A DNA stretch of 64,000 bases from Ministeria vibrans ATCC 50519. Lineage: Eukaryota; Protista; Filasterea. The stretch spans positions 1 to 64,000 of the forward strand of contig CALSCP010001494.1 in assembly GCA_943704425.1 (NCBI GenBank), written 5' to 3'. The translations under genes were made by a program, and so were the position numbers. Below the pieces are notes generated by a model. The model saw nothing but the letters and a program-made list of their open reading frames with translations. It ran no database searches and was not told where the DNA came from. This document shows, in pieces, positions 62,143 to 64,000 of the stretch (within the stretch, counting starts at the first letter, position 1; each line of letters begins with the position of its first letter).

Positions 62143-63291
62143 CGGTACCAATCGAGATGGGAGAGGAACTCGACGGGAAACGCGGTGAGGTTGGCCCGCT
62201 CAAAACCCGGTTGAACCACCACCGCAAAGTCGTCGTATTTGCCGTTAAACTCCGCTGCAACTGTTGTCATTGCTGTGTTGTATCCATCCGTCAGCTCGTC
62301 CATCTTTTTGCGGTGACGATCGCCCTCTGAAAAAATTCATTAGTGCGTTCACTTAGGACGTTTTCGTTTCGTTACTTTCGCCCTCCTTAAACGCACACAT
62401 GCACTCTTCTGGGAGCACCCGATGGACATCCTTGCAGTGGGTGCTCTTCTGTGAAAGTGCCCATACCTCACTGACGTGCAGCATGCCGACCAGATTCACG
62501 AACATGCGCGGGAATTTCTCCTGCAGGCGTGTCACTATTTTGCGCAAATTGCGCTCGTACTCCTTCACATTGAGAAAAGGCTCGGCCAAATCAAGACAAG
62601 AAATGCACTCGTCGTTGGCTCCAATGAGAATGGTCATCACTTTCCAGTCGGTCGTCACATTGATCTTGTGCTTGTCGAGCTCCTTCTCAAGCAAGTTCAG
62701 CTCATGCTCCAGGTTCGAAATCCACGCCCCCGACAACGCCATGTTGAAATGGTCCGTCTCATGGTGATAGCCAGGACACACAGGGCCGTAACAGAGTGTG
62801 GGAATGTGCTTCCCTGTAGACGCGCCGACGAGAGGCACTCGAGCGTACTCCTACAAATGAGGGGTTTACATTTGAGTGCGCGTCTCATCCCATTGTACAC
62901 ACACACACACACGCACACGCACACGCACACATACCTTGAGAAGATTCGGCAACGTAATCGTCACGGTCACATTGTCGTCACCCCCCATGGACCATGATTT
63001 CTGAGCATAGCCAAGCAGAGAATGAGAGAGAATGAGAGTGAAAATAAACAACAATATAACCACAAAAAGTGAAAGTACCCCTCGAATCTCCTCCGCACCC
63101 CCTTCCAGAGCAAACGCTGCGGTGATACTGTCACCAAGCGCCATGACTACGGACACGTCGGCCGGACGAAGGTTGTGGATGGACGTAGCGGGCGGTGAGG
63201 CGGGAAGTTTGGGACAAGTGAAGGAAGGCGGAACATTCACGGCACGGGCGACCGCCAGAAGGACTGTAAACGCGAGAGCAAGTCTGAGCAT
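61705..63291 (-). CDS. Secreted phospholipase B1-like GDSL/SGNH lipase (single domain), 6 exons
   Basis: Signal peptide, SIHNLRPADV..VMALGDSITAA, SWSMGGD, TLPNLLK, DWKVMTILIGAND, VVVQP and LDCFHPS. Confidence 0.9.
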
Positions 63292-63415
63292 AGTGAAAAT
63301 GAAACAGAGCGCTATAAATGAGACAAATTCAGTGATCAGTGACAATCTTGGATGAGATTTTGGTTTGGAACATAAGTCATATGTCCAACAGATTTCTTTT
63401 CGCCTCGCTCGAGGA

Positions 63416-64000
63416 ATGAAGCCGCTGAAGGCCTTGCTCGAACAAAAAACCCAGGAGTGCCGCCAGCTTCATGACGAAGTGGCGCGCCTCCGCCTGCAAG
63501 TTGACGTTGTCACTCGTGAGCGAAACGTTTTGGTACAAAAAAAAAAAAAAAAAAGTGTTCACTGAGTCTTTCCGTCTCTCTACCCTTTCTTCTATCGCTC
63601 ATTGCCATGTAGGCGACGCAACTTACAGAGATGAATCTCGTGGTGACCAACTTGCAGGCGGTTGTTGCAGACTCAAGTCATAGACACGAAACCTCAACTC
63701 CTGCATCGGCAAACGTGGCGGCGTTAGCGGCGTCTTCAACCCCCTCGGGGCTCCCTGAGGCTCGGAGACGCCTGCAGTCTTTGGGAAAGGGTAGCCCGGC
63801 GACTGCCCTCTCGTGTCCCAGCTCGGTACCGGCCTGTTCGCCCGCAGTCGCGAGCAGCGACCGTCCCTCGACGCGTCATCACCAAAGCCCCAGTGCCTCG
63901 GTGCTTTCTGCCCCCCTCTCCGCAATACCCCCGCGCTCCCGCAAGGGAAGTGCCAAGAGCCAGCTCTCCAGCAAATCCAACACACTCTTGCGCCAACTCG
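63416..64000 (+). CDS. 5' part of a coiled-coil plus Ser/Pro-rich protein (runs off window)
   Basis: MKPLKALLEQKTQECRQLHDEVARLRLQ...; the GT-AG intron 63533-63612 keeps the frame, which is open to the edge. Confidence 0.6.

Overview
This is intron-rich, gene-dense eukaryotic DNA. Its gene content (GIPC, DPF-like, STIL, SAS-4/CPAP, SPICE1) suggests a flagellated unicellular holozoan such as a choanoflagellate; that is an inference. The window looks like a left chromosome end. It opens inside what appears to be a non-LTR retrotransposon whose CAGT 5' end is joined to a (TTAGGG)n tract. About 6 kb of rearranged subtelomere follows, containing a spliced CHAT/caspase-like protease gene and gene fragments, and ending at a second telomeric remnant. 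The rest holds about 24 conventional genes and a tRNA-Phe. The most striking feature is a 15.5-kb block in which 5 of 7 genes encode centriole or centromere proteins (STIL, CENP-W, CENP-C, SPICE1, SAS-4/CPAP), including two head-to-head pairs with E2F/CHR/Myb-like motifs between them. Other notable items are a RhoGDI-proline-rich-4xSH3 fusion, a PHD-ankyrin-HECT ligase, a probable U2-type AT-AC intron, a tRNA with an inverted 53:61 pair, tandem DUF707 genes and a small secreted prepropeptide-like gene. All gene models were spliced by eye and families were assigned from remembered motifs; no database search was run.
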